In this document: positions 63,655-64,000 of the stretch, piece after piece
Layout: each line of letters begins with the position of its first letter
Numbering within the stretch: the first letter of the stretch is position 1
Source of the DNA: Rhynchobatus australiae
Lineage: Eukaryota
Reading direction: 5' to 3'
Length of the DNA: 64,000 bases
Assembly (NCBI GenBank): GCA_034780895.1
Contig: JAUZTB010000118.1
Span: 61,290,804-61,354,803 of the forward strand
The notes under the pieces: model-generated
The model's database searches: none
Seen by the model: only the letters and a program-made list of their open reading frames with translations
Told to the model about the DNA's origin: nothing
Made by a program: the position numbers and the translations under genes

Positions 63655-64000
63655 TAAGAGACTTCAATAAACACAGTCAGTGCAAATCAGTAATAACATC
63701 TCCTCCTCACTGACGATGAATACAGGCGCACCTCAAGGATGTGTGCTTAGCCCACTGCCTAACTCTCTCTACACTCATGATTGTGTGGCTAAGCACAGGT
63801 CAAACACCATCTATAATGGTCACAGATAACATCACTGTTGTTAGCAGAATCTCAGATGGCGATGAGGAGGTGCACAGGAGTGAGACAGATTGACTGGTTG
63901 AGTGGAGTTGCAGCAACCACCTCACTCAACATCAGCAAGACCAAGGAATTGATTGTGGACTTCAGGAAGGGGAAATCAGGAGAACACGCACCAGTCCTCA
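63655..64000 (+). mobile_element. Rex1/Babar-type LINE RT fragment (runs off the window)
   Basis: NTGAPQGCVLSPL..SLYTHDCVAKH..., ISDGDEEVHRSE and LNISKTKELIVDFRKG, frameshifted. Confidence 0.8.

Noticed and set aside
1-64000. miR-23b, miR-27b and miR-24 hairpins
   Set aside because: I scanned by eye for the mature sequences and their reverse complements and found only short partial matches (e.g. ctgctgaac at 2601). The cluster is expected further 3' in AOPEP, left of the window.
1-64000. CRISPR array, operon or other prokaryotic system
   Set aside because: No regularly spaced repeats and no gene-dense coding; the sequence is vertebrate intron.

Overview
Vertebrate (eukaryotic) genomic DNA, most likely a cartilaginous fish (shark/ray), judged from its repeat families: CR1-type LINEs, V-SINE/HE1-like SINEs, DeuSINE-like and LF-SINE-like elements, Rex1/Babar and Penelope-derived hairpins. 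The assembly is gapped. The whole window appears to lie inside one minus-strand gene, aminopeptidase O (AOPEP/C9orf3). Four short coding exons absent from the ORF track splice in frame with canonical AG/GT sites: 61809-61749, 51011-50949, 50686-50597 and 3073-2957. They give xQGLSADIIYQVWLDVAGLPK|PLTDDALKWTENRLVCEVRNE|VTKWAGINQKVRKGSRKRKRSCKDEVTFRE|LLPDQLVLFLEFLLEMKSLSSQTLQRLQKQYCLREQDAE, which matches the C-terminal region of human AP-O as I recall it, including the basic nucleolar-localisation segment. An intragenic CpG island (~51090-51650) sits just upstream of the close exon pair. It is a candidate internal promoter for a short AOPEP or pri-miR-23b/27b/24-1 transcript; the miRNA hairpins themselves are not visible here and should lie left of coordinate 1. 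The rest is intron with many decayed retroelements, a solo LTR with a 4-bp TSD, a long inverted repeat, a local duplication, a repeated 20-mer in non-TE sequence, and a Penelope-derived hairpin family carrying a decayed hammerhead-like core. No prokaryotic-type system (CRISPR, operon) is present. The listed ORFs are TE debris, chance ORFs or N-gap artefacts. Repeat boundaries are estimated by eye and family names come from recalled consensus features, not a database search.
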